The notes: generated from the letters alone by a model not told the origin. Shown: positions 26,101 through 39,001, counted from the first letter of the stretch. The stretch is 64,000 nucleotides of DNA from Podarcis gaigeae (GCA_964106915.2 OZ066919.1); one strand, 5' to 3'. Numbers and translations are program-made.

Positions 26101-27534
26101 CTTGTACAGCACTTCCCCTGCACTTCCCATGGACTCCCCATAGGCCCTGATGGACCCAGTTCCAAATTAAGGGGAAATCAAAGCAAAAGTTCTCTCATGT
26201 GACAAACCCACTGTACTACATCCCAACAAATAAGCATGCCATTCACACACTTCTGTGATGGGAAGTGGTAATACGTTGAACACTTTGCGGTATGAAGCTA
26301 GAAACAACACCTGTTAGAAACAAGGATAATTCCAGAAAGAAACAAGTACCAGAATGAGGAGGGAAGAGGATGCACAAATCTTTTTTGCAGGTTGTGATAA
26401 GGAAGAGCAGGGATTTTGCTTACATTCTGACCCCACTTGAGTAGCACCGACACACAGATCCTTAGTTTCTTATAAACATGCCACATAAATCCACGTGACT
26501 CTTAAGAAACAAACACCACATCCATATAAAATACAATCCAGATTCCATCAGAGGCTGTTCTGTATTTGTGTGTCTCTCCCCCCCCCCCAGCAGTTTCCAA
26601 AGTGTAGAAGAGTTTGCAAATTGTATCATGCTGTTCCTGTTAATGCAGCTCAGGCTGTTGAGGGTCCTCATCCCCAGTCAGAGCAGAAGTCAAGTAGATT
26701 TGCTAGGAAACTGTTCTGACTTCTGCAATGTTTTCCCTCCTCCTCTAGCTCATTTTCCATTGACACCTCTAGCCTGGTTTTCTGGTTCCTGGCAGGGTTA
26801 ACGGGCAGACCCAGCAGGGGGAAAAGGAATGTCTCTTCCCCCTAACCGATTTCCTTTTATCACTGCTTGCTGTCCAGTTTGCAATGAACAGTTGGCTCCT
26901 GAAAGGGTTACATTGCCAGCTCAACATGCAGGCGATTTATTACAATTCCACGATGAGGCCTAGTTTATACCACACAGTCGCAAAAGTGTGACCAGCAGCT
27001 GCAGAAAAGTTCTTGCCACCGTGAAAGAGCACAGGTAATTCATTGAAGCGACACTATTTAGACTCTCGTTGAGCCGAGCAAGATGGTCCAGAGATCTCAG
27101 CAGATCAGGACATCTTGATCTCGTCAGCCCAGCTAAGGCAATCATAAATAAAAACAGCCCTAGGGATTGTTCTCAGTTTTACCAACAGGGAAAACTTTGT
27201 TCCCTGCAGTGGGTTGAGGTGGGGGGGGGGTGTTTTGTTTTTAACAGGCCAAATGACTAGATCATGTCAAGAAATACAACTGGCCATTAAGTGAGTTGGT
27301 ATGAGGAAGCCTCAGCTCACTGCCAATATCTATGAAGTTGTAATTCTTAAACTGCTTCAGAACAGAACATAAAGCATAAAAGTGATTGCATTAAACAGAA
27401 GCTGGGACTTTCAGGAAACAGTTTAAGATGGACAAAGCACTGTGCAGTTCAAGATGGAAACATGGTGACTGTTAACTTCATTATTCAGCATGACACACAC
27501 ACACCCCTTTAAACCTATTAGATATGATTGCATT

Positions 27535-27795
27535 TGCCCCCAGGAGCACATAACCATTTACCCTCCTACTCAATGAAGAAATCTAAAATAACTCCGTTTG
27601 AAAATGATGATGGGACCACTTTTTTCTGAAAAGGACATCTATTTGCGTAAATTTAGCAGGATACTTTTAAGAGAATACCAGAAAGAAGTTTTGCCAATTT
27701 TTGATGGAGCGGAAGAGGAAGAAACCTTAATTTTGGCAGAAGGTGTTATGCAACCTTCTGTCTCAACAGGCTCAGATCAACCTCCAAGCCTATAG
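27535..27795 (+). pseudogene. Decayed L1 ORF1-like C-terminal fragment
   Basis: RST*PFTLYSMKKSKITPFENDDGTTFF*KGH, then after a frameshift LLREYQKEVL. Resembles the squamate L1 ORF1p end (RxxYxPLTxxLxKxxIxFxWExxxGxxFxxKG...FLRxYxKEL). Confidence 0.4.
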
Positions 27796-29779
27796 GAATA
27801 TGTGTCATTATAAATTTTTTTAAAACAATTTACATCCCATCTTCTTTCCATGCAAGAAGGAGAGGCAGCAAGATTTCACACCATACCCTGGAACCACAAT
27901 TGGGGAATGACCCTCCTACTCCACTAGTTACAGCATGCATGGATATCAATTTAGACATCATTTGAGGGGGGGGGGACTGCACCAGCAATGATAAAGGTCT
28001 GTCCCCACAGGGTACAAATGTGTTATGGATGAACCCCAACCCAATTTTCTTCATCAGAATTTTAATATAGATTTAACATGTGCCAGGCACTAGTGATTGG
28101 CTCCATGGGGTTCCAAGAGCAGACTATCTGAAAAGTAGCCTACTGCTTGCTCACATTCCCCGGTTCCCTTCTTTGGCTGGAGCTTACCATGCACTGCTTT
28201 ATATCAGTATTTACTCAGCTCTTTTTATGGAACACATACTGTTTTAGATATAAGTGGTGCTATTACAGGCTCACAAAAACAACATGCGCTCGGCATTCTT
28301 AAAACATTGGCCTGAGCTCTGGTTTTTGGTGGGTTTTTAAAAATATCATTATTGCTACATTTCTACAGCATTCTCTGGTTTTACTCTTTCGAGAAACAAC
28401 ACATCTAAACTGTGTGGCTGCTTTTGGTTTCCTGACACTGGGTGGCTGCATTTTGTTTCTATTCATTTTTAATTTACAAGCAGGTGTTTGAAAGGAGCCA
28501 TCCCAGTAAGAGGCCCATTGATTTATGTTCTATTCCAGTAAGTTTCCTTTATTAAAAATGGCACCAGCAGGAGTAGCTTCTAAAAATGAAGGACTCCTAT
28601 TGGTTTGACAATATGCTTGCATAGTTCACCTGCTCACATCTCACCCAACCGATTTATTATTATTATTATTATTCACACCTTATGTCTGCGTTGTGAGGAA
28701 ACAGGGTATGTAAGCAACTCAGCTCTGGTTCATACATTTGCATGAAATAGTGGGGCATAGGGTCCCTCTTTGCAAATAACCTCCCATCTGAGCCAGGCCC
28801 TATGGGGGAATGCCTGGAAGATGCAGAGGCCTGCTTCACTTGATTCTTTCAGGGAAGGTGGTCTGTGAACTGGACCACCATGAGACTGAGCTCACACAGG
28901 CAAGAGTTTTCTACGTGGAAGAAGGGAGGGGTTTGTGTCACTCTCCCAGCATCCTGTTTTGCCAGTGCTTCTGTGGTACGGATGCTGACTGCCAAAGGGC
29001 TGTTTAACACTTTGCACAGACAACATGATTTCAGCATGTCTGTCACAAAGAACACCATACCAAATGAAAGGGAGACTCATCCCAGTGAATGCACTGAAAG
29101 CACAATGGGTATGTAACAGTTGAGGTGCGGCCCTAAGTAGAAAAGACTAAACAAGAGGTGGAAGGCGGTTGAAATGAATTTGCCCATTAACCTACAGCAG
29201 GGCAGTAGCGGGGGGGGGGGGCTACTTTTCCACTGAACTGTTATCTAGAAATGAAATGACATGCTGATCTCGTGTTGTACTCTGGCTAATTAACATTGCC
29301 CCACTGGTAGAAAAGCAACCACAACAGACAGCAGAACCAATCCCAGGTGAATTAGCCTATTTAACTGTAGCAGTTCTTTGTTGGCCTATCAGCTCTGTGA
29401 AAGAATACTGTATAACCTTTCCCTCTACTACAGTGTAAAGACCATAGCCAAGAATAAACATTCCCTCAATTTCTTAGGTTTCTTTTGCACCCTATTTTCA
29501 AAGCAGTTGGCAAAATATCCTATTTTATTTAACCACTCAACCTTGTTAGACTGAGGGACAAATGTCTTGCCTAAGAATGACTTGGAGGGATCGGTTCTTC
29601 AGTATTCCACGCTCAACTATTTTATGCTCTACAATGTTGCTCCCCCCCCCCTTTTCTTTTTTTGTTCTGCAGTGTTCCAGAAATGCCCCTGCAACACGAT
29701 CATCTATCGACATAGCTCCTGGCACCTAACGATCGTGAGACCCACCACTGGCACCTCAGTTACACTTCCACACAAAATC

Positions 29780-30180
29780 CTAAACAACTCCTGCAATGTT
29801 AGAAGGAGGCCCAAAGAACACCTATGGATGAATAGATGACATCAGTGAACATTTTGGAGTGATTTACAACAGCTTAGGTATCAAACAAATGTGGTGCCTG
29901 GAAACTATCCTAAAGGGACGCCAAGAGAGCTTTTGAGCCGGTTTTAAAACTCTGTTGATTGCTGTTTTGACAATAAATAATCCCAGAAGGGAGTTACTGA
30001 ACAGATTGCAGCACTGGAGGATTTTGAAACAGAGAATACAAAAAAAAGGGCGGACCATTTCTCCAAGGACTGACAGACAGTATGTCCATTACATGTGTGC
30101 TGCACTGGGTGATGACGAACATATATTCCCTATAGGATACAAGGAAACATATATCCATGCTGCATAAAGACTCAATGCCT
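29780..30180 (+). pseudogene. Decayed L1 ORF1-like fragment (single frame with internal stops)
   Basis: One frame reads CNVRRRPKE...PKGTPRELLSRF*...EQIAALEDFETENTKKRAD...IPYRIQGNIY, following the ORF1p motif order NxRxxGxPE / PRxIxxRF / IxIxxDxxxExxKKR / FxxQG. Confidence 0.4.
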
Positions 30181-32170
30181 ATTCACAGCATTGAGATTTA
30201 GAGGTTGCCATGCCCAGGTTTCATCCTAGGAATGTTAATCTTTAAATATGATTTACCAGTTTAAAATCCCTAGACCAGTCACAGATCCTTGTATTTCTCT
30301 GTGAAATCTCCAGTCTGATGGGTGCTCTGTCAGCAACTCCACACCAGAATGTTGTTGGTTCAGATCCACCTCTGCCCTTGCTCCCCGCTCCCCCAAGGTT
30401 GTGACTTAGTGCTGGTGGCTTGTTTCCATATGCTATACCTGCTCACAAGCCACAGGCAGATGAAAGAGAAGACTCCCTGATCTCGTCGTGGACTTGTTCA
30501 AATGTAAACAAGTCTGAGTGGCAATCAGGTCATCTGTAAACATGATCCTATTATACCAATCTAAAGAATGTTCCTGGAATGTAAACTAATGCAATATTCA
30601 ACAATATTGTTGGGAATCACGCTTCCCAACTATACAAGGTGGAGAGACATTTGGTATGATATACCCTGTTTCCCTAAAACAGACTCCAATAGGAACCTGG
30701 CTGCAATGCAAAAGCTGAGGACAAAAACACCTGCCTGAGTTGAGTCACCATCCAGTTTTCCCTCAACATGCTGATTGGGAAGCAGCAGCAGTTTTTTCAT
30801 TTTTTTATTTTGATGTGACAAGAGCTAGGCTGGCCTGGGAGTTGATTAACATCATCTGTTGCGGCCTATGCACTTGTCCCTGCACCCTCATATGTACAGG
30901 TGGTGGTTCATGATGCACATTTATAAACAAATGGGTTGTTGTTTTTTTAAAAATGCCCTATAACCCTTGTACCTCCTATGGCAGAAACACACCCCGTAAA
31001 GATTGTTCCTGAACTTCCCACTATAATGAGATGATGACACTGAAAGAAATATTGCATCAGGTTTGCAGAACAACTTTGTAGTATGAAGCTATCTTTTAAG
31101 AATGCCCTTCTTCGATACAACAAAAACCCAAATGTAAACCAAGCTTTGCCGCCTATAACAACAACAAAGTAAATGTCCAGATCAACTGATCCCTAACTTG
31201 ACTCACAAACTTCAGCTACAATCAATGGCAGTGTGAAACGTTCCATAAATATTGTGAGAATGCGAAAACACCTGCAACAGCAAGCAATTAACTCCTTCCT
31301 TTTATTAAAGCCTCGTTTAAATCCAGCTACATACTTCCACAGTGACTGCTAACCTTGAATTCACATTGGCAAGTGTGTCCGCAACTGGCTTTCTGTGTGG
31401 ATCACTTTTGAGAACGTTTAAGACAAATGCCTGCCTGTTCTTCAGTCACCTCTTTCCTAACCAATAAACCGTGAAGCTACTGAAATCATTGGCAAAATTA
31501 CTCTTGATGTTAACGGGGGATGGTTTGGCATAGCACACTGCAGTAAGGGGATGAATTGAGGCTGATGCACATACTAGGCTGATCCTGGCATGGTCTGACA
31601 GGCTAGTGCTCCAGTTTACGCCTGATGAGGATATAACCCAAAGAGAAGAATGGAGCAGAGACAAATGTCTTTCATCTATTTACAGCAGCATCTGTAACCC
31701 TAAATATGATTATTTGCTGTCTTCTGTATGTAAGAAAAGGATGAATCTCAACCTATTATAGCTACAATGTGGATAATTTCTTTCCCCCAGCTATTACAGA
31801 AATGCTTGAATCACCATGATGATAACTACTGGCCACCATCGCTGCCTGCCAAGTGAAACTGAAGCTATAAAGATTTTAAAAGCAGGGGCAGTGGCTTGAC
31901 TTTATTTCACAGCAACAAAGAAAACATCCAAATATTTCTCCTGTAAGGACATTTGGAGGAAGGAGGAAAATCTCATTTGTGCCACAAGAGGGCACTTTAA
32001 CTACAGACAAATGCAATCTATGCTATTTAGGAATCACCCAGGAAAGAAGGTGATGGAGGAAGTGGAAAACTGCTTAGTTATCTCCTGGGTTATAGGATGA
32101 TGGAATTTGACTGCAGAGATACAGAAAGATGCACCAAGCCAGTAGTTTGCAACAGAATTCCCAATTTGCC

Positions 32171-32198
32171 TGTTGTTGTTGTTGTTGTTGTTGTTGTT
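32171..32198 (+). repeat. (TTG)9 microsatellite
   Basis: Directly visible. Confidence 0.97.
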
Positions 32199-33316
32199 TT
32201 CTTTTTCTTTTTTAAAGTCATATGGGCTAACCCATATATATTGCAAAAGGGGCAAACTGTAAGGAAAAACGAAGATCGTATTGACCAGATGCAGGACACA
32301 TGGCATTGCTTTTCAAATGAAAAGCCACAAGAACGTCAAAGCCCATGGGTCCAAATCAGTCTCCTAGATCGGACATGCATGACCCACCAACCCAAGTGCA
32401 GATCGCCAGCCATGCAGGACAGAACTGTTCATCGGGGCTTGAGAAACCTATGGGGATCCTTTCTTTTGCACTTTGCCTGGAACTGCCAAACAGAATGCAG
32501 AGATTGCTATGCATATATATGGGATGCCACAATACAGGGATGGGAAGCTAAATCTGGCTTGGTGGTCACAAGTTGGGCTGGCCTGTCACTATAGGTGCTC
32601 CTTAACTCTCCATACTATTTCTGATGCCCTTTCTAGGTATCTTTCTCTTTACTTGCACTCTGTGTGGAGAGGGAAACCTTTAGGGCGCCTTTGCAGATAT
32701 ATCCACAAACTTTACTAGCAGAACACATTTTTATATGGTGAAATCATGCCCATTTGAGGCCTGAAAGCTAACCCCTCCCAAATAAACTCCCCATTTGCAG
32801 CCCCTTACCTGCACAGCTACCTGATTTCACAGAGCTCCATGTGAACATGAGTCTTTCTGTGTGCACTGGAGCTGCTGAAATCTTGTGACTGGTATCTGCC
32901 TCACACACAATGGCGATTACGGTTTTGGTATAACTCAGAAGGCTGTTTTAAGTTTGTCTGGTGTAAGTGTTTAAAGTTAGCAGGCACATAAATAAGCCAG
33001 GCACGGACAAACTGGGGATGAAGGTGTGTTTCTCAGACAGAGCTGGCAGCTGCCTTCGTTTATCGGCAGGCCATTTATCATCTCAAGAAAAATATTGACG
33101 GTTCACAAGATTCACACTTGCCCTGGCCCTGGGCTGAAGAAATGCTGTCTTCCAGGAAGGCTTTGAAAATGGAACCAAATCAAGGAACTGAGCCTCAAAA
33201 AGAAAGGGAGGGCATTTTATTAAGCAAGCAGAGGAAAGCAGGAAGACTTCTTGTGTGAAAAGCTGGCTACAAAAGCATAACACTGGTGCCAGCCACTGGG
33301 AATACATTTCTAGTAG

Positions 33317-34414
33317 ATTCCATTCTACTATCCCAACAAAAGTAGGCCTAAAAAGACTGATGAGGGAATTTTCAGGATATTGCCAGAGAGAACAGCTGGC
33401 CATGAATTACAAGAAAACCCAAGTCATGGTTTTCTCAAGAAACTATAGAGCCCATAGATGGAGCATGGACAACCAGCTCACTGAACAGGTCAAAGTTTTC
33501 AAATATCTCAGCCTTATTTTCCAGTCTACGGGGTCATGGGGAGCACACCAGAAATGTACAAAAGAAAAAGCATCCCAAAGTGCCAAAATTCTGACACGCT
33601 TTTTCTACACAAAAGGTGGGAAACATATACCATCAGCCCTGGAAGTGTTCCAAGCTAAACCCCTAGCACAGTTATTATATGGGGCTCAGATTTGGACAGG
33701 CACTCAGCTTGGATCAATGGAAGCTGTCCAATCAAAGTTCTTAAGGCAAATTTTCTCTGTACCACCTCATTGCGCCTAGAGGCTAATCTTCCCTCGGTAC
33801 AATTACAGATATGGCATAGGACACTTAACTATTGGCTTCGCCTAAACTGAAATCCCCCTGGTCTAATATCCCTAGTGCTGCAAGATTGTCACAAGAACAC
33901 CTGGACTAAAATTGTCTATCAAAAACTTCCCTCTTGTGGTTTATCACCACAACAGCTACTCACACTGGATTTTAGTAAAGCAAACAGTCTAATTAGTCAG
34001 CGCCTAAATGATATTAAGCGAGAGAACAACTTGGCCATAATAAGGAAATTTTGTCCATGGTACAACTATTTTCCACCTACCCATCTCAACTTGGTGGTGC
34101 ATGCCCTTCTGGCTTGCACTCTTTATAAAGACTTGAGAAATGAGGTTATCACCCCTCTTTTATTGTCCATTCTGGGTCACCCAGCCACTGTCACAGTGTC
34201 CTTTCTTTTGGCAGATCAAGATGAGCAGGTGACAGCAAAGATTGCAGGGTTTTTAGCTGGGGCAATTAGAATAAGATCCACTATTTGACTATTGATTCAA
34301 AACCCAAAAATGTATTTTATATAATTGACTTTTTATCTTTATTCTTTGTATATTGTATTGTTGTTTTATTGCTATGGCTGGTGGCTGATGCAAATAAAGA
34401 TTCATTCATTCATT
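33317..34414 (+). mobile_element. 5'-truncated, internally deleted non-LTR retrotransposon (RTE-X-like) ORF2 C-terminus
   Basis: Begins just after the YADD position (DSILLS..TKVGL). Encodes MNYKKTQVMVF, VKVFKYLSLIF, LLYGAQIW and a partial zinc knuckle HALLACTLYKDLR. Ends AATAAA + (TTCA)4. Imperfect 12-bp TSD CATYTCTAGTAG at 33305-33316 and 34415-34426. Confidence 0.85.
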
Positions 34415-35288
34415 CATCTCTAGTAGCTGCATATGCAGAAGTTGCTTCGGACAATAGCCGAACCATTATGTCTTTGCTCCTGTAAATGTAGATCTGTGGA
34501 CAACGCACACCTGTGCCACAACTTAACTAATGTCATTCCAGGATGGTGGGCTCAGAAATAAGCTGTATGTCTCAGAAAAGGATTTTAGCACACTGTTTGT
34601 CTAGCCTTTCTTAAACCAATAACTTAAGGGCAAAGGCCAAGAATGGAACGTTATGAGTGCTGTGTTCCTGGTTTGTGTGGCCACTGGTCAGTGGCAAGGA
34701 GTTCTGAGCAGGGCTCCTGCTAAAGTGACACATCAAGCTGGGTTTAAGATCTCACCCTTGGCATAAGAGGGCAAGTGGGTGAGGATGCACATTTGGGTTC
34801 CCTAGCAATTTCCTGTGCCCTTCCCTATTGCCTCTGGATGGTGCTGGCTTACCCATGATGAGGGGTGGAAATCATAAAGCGAGAACTAGCCATGCCCAGC
34901 TGAGAAGTACTGAGTCACTGTGAATGGAGAAACATATATGCTAGTTATAGGTAGTAGTTAGTAGTTAAATTTGTGGGGAAGTGTATCCACAACTGTTTCT
35001 TTGCTGACTTGCTTAAGTATGGCAGAGTGGATTGTATGTGAAGGAGAAGAAAAGCAAGAACTGTAGTTAGTCAAGGATTTGTTATTCTGCTGAAAGGCAA
35101 GGATTTCTAAGGAGCCTGAGAGATCTAGTTGTATCTCCACCTTACTGCTGCTTGTTCTCTGGGTCAGCTTTTAAATCTCGTGTCCAGGGGATTAAGGCGC
35201 AAGACAGAAAATATACAATCACATTGATACCATGAGTTCTGGTTGGTGACAAGTATGAGATGGAGCAATGATAGACAGATCCTGCACC

Positions 35289-35290
<2 letters not shown>

Positions 35291-35319
<29 letters not shown>

Positions 35320-35367
35320 CTTCTTCTTCTTCTTCTTCTTCTTCTTCTTCTTCTTCTTCTTCTTCTT
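35291..35367 (+). repeat. (TTC)25 microsatellite
   Basis: Directly visible; source of the poly-F ORF. Confidence 0.98.
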
Positions 35368-35459
35368 GTACTGTTTTAGTGTTGTTAGCCGCCCTGAGCC
35401 CGGCTTCGGCTGGGGAGGGCGGGATATAAATAAAATTTATTATTATTATTATTATTATT
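35368..35459 (+). mobile_element. Extremely truncated L2-type 3' tail with (TTA)n
   Basis: gttagccgccctgagcccggcttcggctggggagggcgggatataaataaa + (TTA)8. CpGs are intact, so probably young. Confidence 0.7.
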
Positions 35460-36233
35460 CAGCATCTCACATCCATCTTTGGATATACACCTCTCCAGTG
35501 TTCTCGGCTGGTTGGTTGGTTGGTTGGTTGCTTCCTGCACCCACATAAGGCCTACTGCATGCACTCATCACATAGGTGGCTGTCTCCTTGGTCTTTTAAA
35601 ATGGTAGGGTCCCACACAAGCATATTCCATTGGCCTAAGTCATCTCTTGCCACATATCCCACACATGTCCATTTTAACTCTGCGGACATATGCAGATATG
35701 CAGGACACCTGGCAAGCGTGTAGAGTGTGGAGTTCTCTTACATGTGAAGAAATGATCAACCCTGGAAGATAGTTCCACTTAAATTATTGGTAAAGCGAGC
35801 TGAGAAATAGCACAGAATTTGTTAATATAAAAGCATCAGCAACACAAATGAATATGGATAGCTGACGCCGCAGTTGCAATACAGAATGGGGTCATCTAAA
35901 GTAAGTGTTAAAAAAAACCACCTCTTGGAAAAATATCTCATTTCTAAGTCCATTCCAAATTTTAAGCTTCAACATGGTCCTGCAGACATCAACAGGAATG
36001 AGACTGTGCTTGTAAGACAACACACGCACAGCCTCTTTCCTGTTCCCAAAACATATTTGGCGGTGGCAGCAGCACTACCACAACACGGGGAACTCTTGAG
36101 AAGGGCTGGTACTGTTCTCCTAATTATGCCTGAGGATGCTGCCACAACAATGTCCCAGATACAAGGACCAGGGAATTCTAAGCAATGGGCATTCATTTCC
36201 ATACACACACCCAAATCCAAGATCTGTCACTGC

Positions 36234-36367
36234 CAGGGCTTTTTTTCCAGCCAGAACTCACTGGAACTCAGTTTCAGCACCTCTCAGGTGGGCGCCATTG
36301 CCATTGTAAGTGAACAAGGGAGGTGTCCATGGTGAGTTCTGGCACCTCTTTTTCTAGAAAAAATAGC
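36234..36367. mobile_element. hAT-type MITE
   Basis: CAGGGCTTTTTTT ... AGAAAAAATAGC ends with internal gaactca/ggcacctc repeats. Confidence 0.6.
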
Positions 36368-37059
36368 TTTTGAGTAGTAGTGGTGGTGACCCGTGCTATC
36401 TTAGAAACTGCTTAAATAAGATTTGAAGAGTGGGTGTTCATTGTTTATGAGGAGGGCTAGATTCTACTCCTTAGGACAAATCATGCCATTTTTGTACATG
36501 GCAGCCAAAGTAAAAAACAAACTACATTTAACACAGAAACAAAGATGCCTGTAACAAAGGTCTTAGGGATGTTCAGCAACAGGAAAGTGTGCCAGATTTG
36601 CTGAATTCACTGGAACTTTGTTTGCTATACTAAAGGTGGATTCAATTTGTTTCTTAGCTTCTCCAGTCACTTTTTTAAAATGTAGGGCAGGGAGAAAAAA
36701 ATCCGTACCTAGCAGGATGCTGTGCATTGTCATTAATTAAAGTCTCTAGAGAGTACAAAGGCAAAAGCAAAAAATGAGAGTATTCTTGCTAAATTAAATC
36801 AATATTGGCTGCATTCTCTTGTGACATAAATACAAAATAGGCATGCAGGCTTCCCATGGTCTCTGGAATTTGAGTGGCATAAATAATATGATGCCTTCCT
36901 AGAGCAGATTACCAATCATTCAAAAAGGTGAGATGTAGTAGTCTATGAGAGATTTTATTTTTGTAGGGGATGCCATAGGGGATACTACCATTCAAGTAGT
37001 TTTGACCAATCAGTGGTCACTTCAGCAGCTGCTGGTTGCCCTTATTATTATTACTACTA

Positions 37060-37295
37060 CAGGGAATCAGGTAGAGGGCCTTCTTGGTAGTGACACCCAC
37101 CCTGCGGAATGCCCTCTCATCCGATATTAAGGAGATGAGTAATTATGTAACATTTAGGAAATATCTGAAGGCAATCCTGTATAGGGAAGCATTTAAGGTT
37201 TAAGGATTTATTATATTTTTATATATGCTGGAAGCTGGGTCAATCCAGTCAGATGGGCAAGGTGCAAATTCTTATAATTAATAATTATTAATTTT
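37060..37295 (+). mobile_element. L2 LINE 3' end
   Basis: agggccttcttggtagtgacacccaccctgcggaatgccct (RAFxVxxPxLWNxL-like), then ccagtcagatgggc...(TAA/TTA) tail. Confidence 0.7.
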
Positions 37296-37683
37296 TATAT
37301 TCCACCCAGCTTTGCCCCAATATGGTGGCATCTTGTTTTGTTGATCTTGTTTTGTTCATGCTCCAAGCTGCCAGGTCCCAGAATTTATCTTCCCTTTGCT
37401 CAGACACCGCCAGCCCTAGTTCTTGCCACTGTCATCTCACAACATTCGCTATTTTACAAAATTCGCTATTTTATTCTTAAGGATTTTCTTATATGTTACT
37501 CTAACCCTATTCATATCCCCCTTATTAATTACAGAGGGTCCCCCTCCAAAAAAAAAATCCTAATAGCTCTTAAAAGGTCTTTCTTTGCCTCCTTGCATTG
37601 CCCATCAAAACAATCTCTCTGGCTTCCCTGTATACCATTTGTGGCATTGGGATATATCAGATAGGGTCTGATGACTGTATTAC

Positions 37684-37685
<2 letters not shown>

Positions 37686-37717
<32 letters not shown>
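37686..37717 (+). repeat. (AC)16 microsatellite
   Basis: Directly visible. Confidence 0.97.
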
Positions 37718-37719
<2 letters not shown>

Positions 37720-37754
37720 ATTGTGCCTTGGTCAGACCACACCAGGAGTATTGT

Positions 37755-37892
37755 GTGGACTCTCCTTCCTTGGAAGTTTTTAAGTAGAGGTTGGATGGTC
37801 ATATATCATGTATGATTTAGTTGCAATTCCTATATTGCCAGGGGTTGGACCAGCTGATCCTCAGGGTCCCTTCCAACTCTACAATTCTATGA
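37755..37892 (+). mobile_element. CR1 3' terminus
   Basis: tctccttccttggaagtttttaag...ggggttggac...ggtcccttccaactctacaATTCTATG, the canonical CR1 tail octamer. Confidence 0.85.
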
Positions 37893-38849
37893 AATGTAGA
37901 AGCTCCACTGCTATTGTAAAGAGCCCCATTGAATCTCTGGCTAGAAAAGGAATTTCCCAGAGACATTCCTGCAAGAAGTCTAGAAGCACAATACAGTACA
38001 GTGAACTTGTAAGCTTATTGCAGGCAAACAGGAACTCATATGGATCGAGGAAGTATGTGTGCAATAATTGAAAATAGCTTTTGTTTTAGTGTGGCGATAA
38101 AGCAGTATTTCTCAGATGGTACCGAGGACCAGGATCTTACTAATGGCTTGCTAGGCTGATACTATTATAAACTTGGCAAATGGTGCATGTGGAAGCTACT
38201 AGTGTACTGTAGCATTTGCTTTGGCTGCAATTAATTGATAACTAGATTCCTGCTGACACTTACTTTTTTCCAGAAGAGAACTGGCAGAAGATATGCAACT
38301 AGCATTTCATTTTCTCATTATAAAGGAGCACACTTAAAAAAAAAAAATCTACCTCTTGATACCAAGCACATTTGAATGTGAAGAAAAAGAACTTGGGAGG
38401 AGGCAGGGGCCAGGGAGCTGAGTTCTGAGTTAAAACAAATATTGCTAATGGAGAAGGCAAGGGAAAAGAGTATGGCAGTGCATGGTGGAACAGCGGAAAC
38501 CTGCTTTCAAATATTGCTGAAAAGAAGGATATGCATCACCACATCCAAAGCTAGTCCAACTCAGAGTAGACTCACTGAAGGGAACAGGCTTGACTAACTT
38601 AGGCTCATTAATTTCAGTGAGTCATCTCTGAGTGGTCTTAGTTGAATACTACTCTTAGACTGGACACATCTTCAAACAGAGGGCTGTCTTCCGATAGCCT
38701 TTCAAACAGAAGACTGTAAAATTAGGAACATGGGTCAGCTTCTGCCTTGCTCTGCATAATCTGTAAGTGGTACATGTGTGTATACAAGGCTGTACCCAGC
38801 AGTGTTAGAATAGAACCACTAAAATCACTGTAACGAACTTAAACTAGTT

Positions 38850-39001
38850 ACAGGTAGGTAGGCGTGTTGGTCTGCTGTAGTCGAAACAAAAAAAAATTCC
38901 TTCCAGTAGCACCTTAGAGAGTATCTGAAGAAGTTTGCATGCACACGAAAGCTCATACCAATAACTAACTTAGTTGGTCTCTAAGGTGCTACTGGAAGGA
39001 A
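38850..39001. mobile_element. Penelope-like element remnant (inverted pLTR fragments)
   Basis: Perfect 24-bp inverted repeat at 38897-38920 / 38978-39001. 15-bp direct repeat GAACTTAAACTAGTT at 38835-38849 and 38999-39013. Inserted inside an older palindromic MITE. Confidence 0.8.
38921..38958 (+). ncRNA. Minimal type I hammerhead ribozyme motif (Penelope-associated)
   Basis: GTAT-CTGAAGA-A-GTTTGC-AT-GCACAC-GAAA-GCTC-ATAC. Stem I GTAT/ATAC, core CUGANGA and GAAA, stem II with one mismatch, palindromic AGCU stem III, NUH triplet CUC. Confidence 0.75.

Noticed and set aside
27002-27019. Minus-strand VARTFL peptide matching part of the next AGBL4 exon (RNVARTFLDYY)
   Set aside because: The flanking residues do not match (no MKLGRN, no DYY), and there is no acceptor or U12 branch point at the right place; treated as chance.
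29650-29880. Strong plus-strand polypyrimidine/AG acceptor suggesting a nested antisense exon
   Set aside because: All frames hit stops; the downstream sequence is better explained as a decayed L1 ORF1-like fragment.
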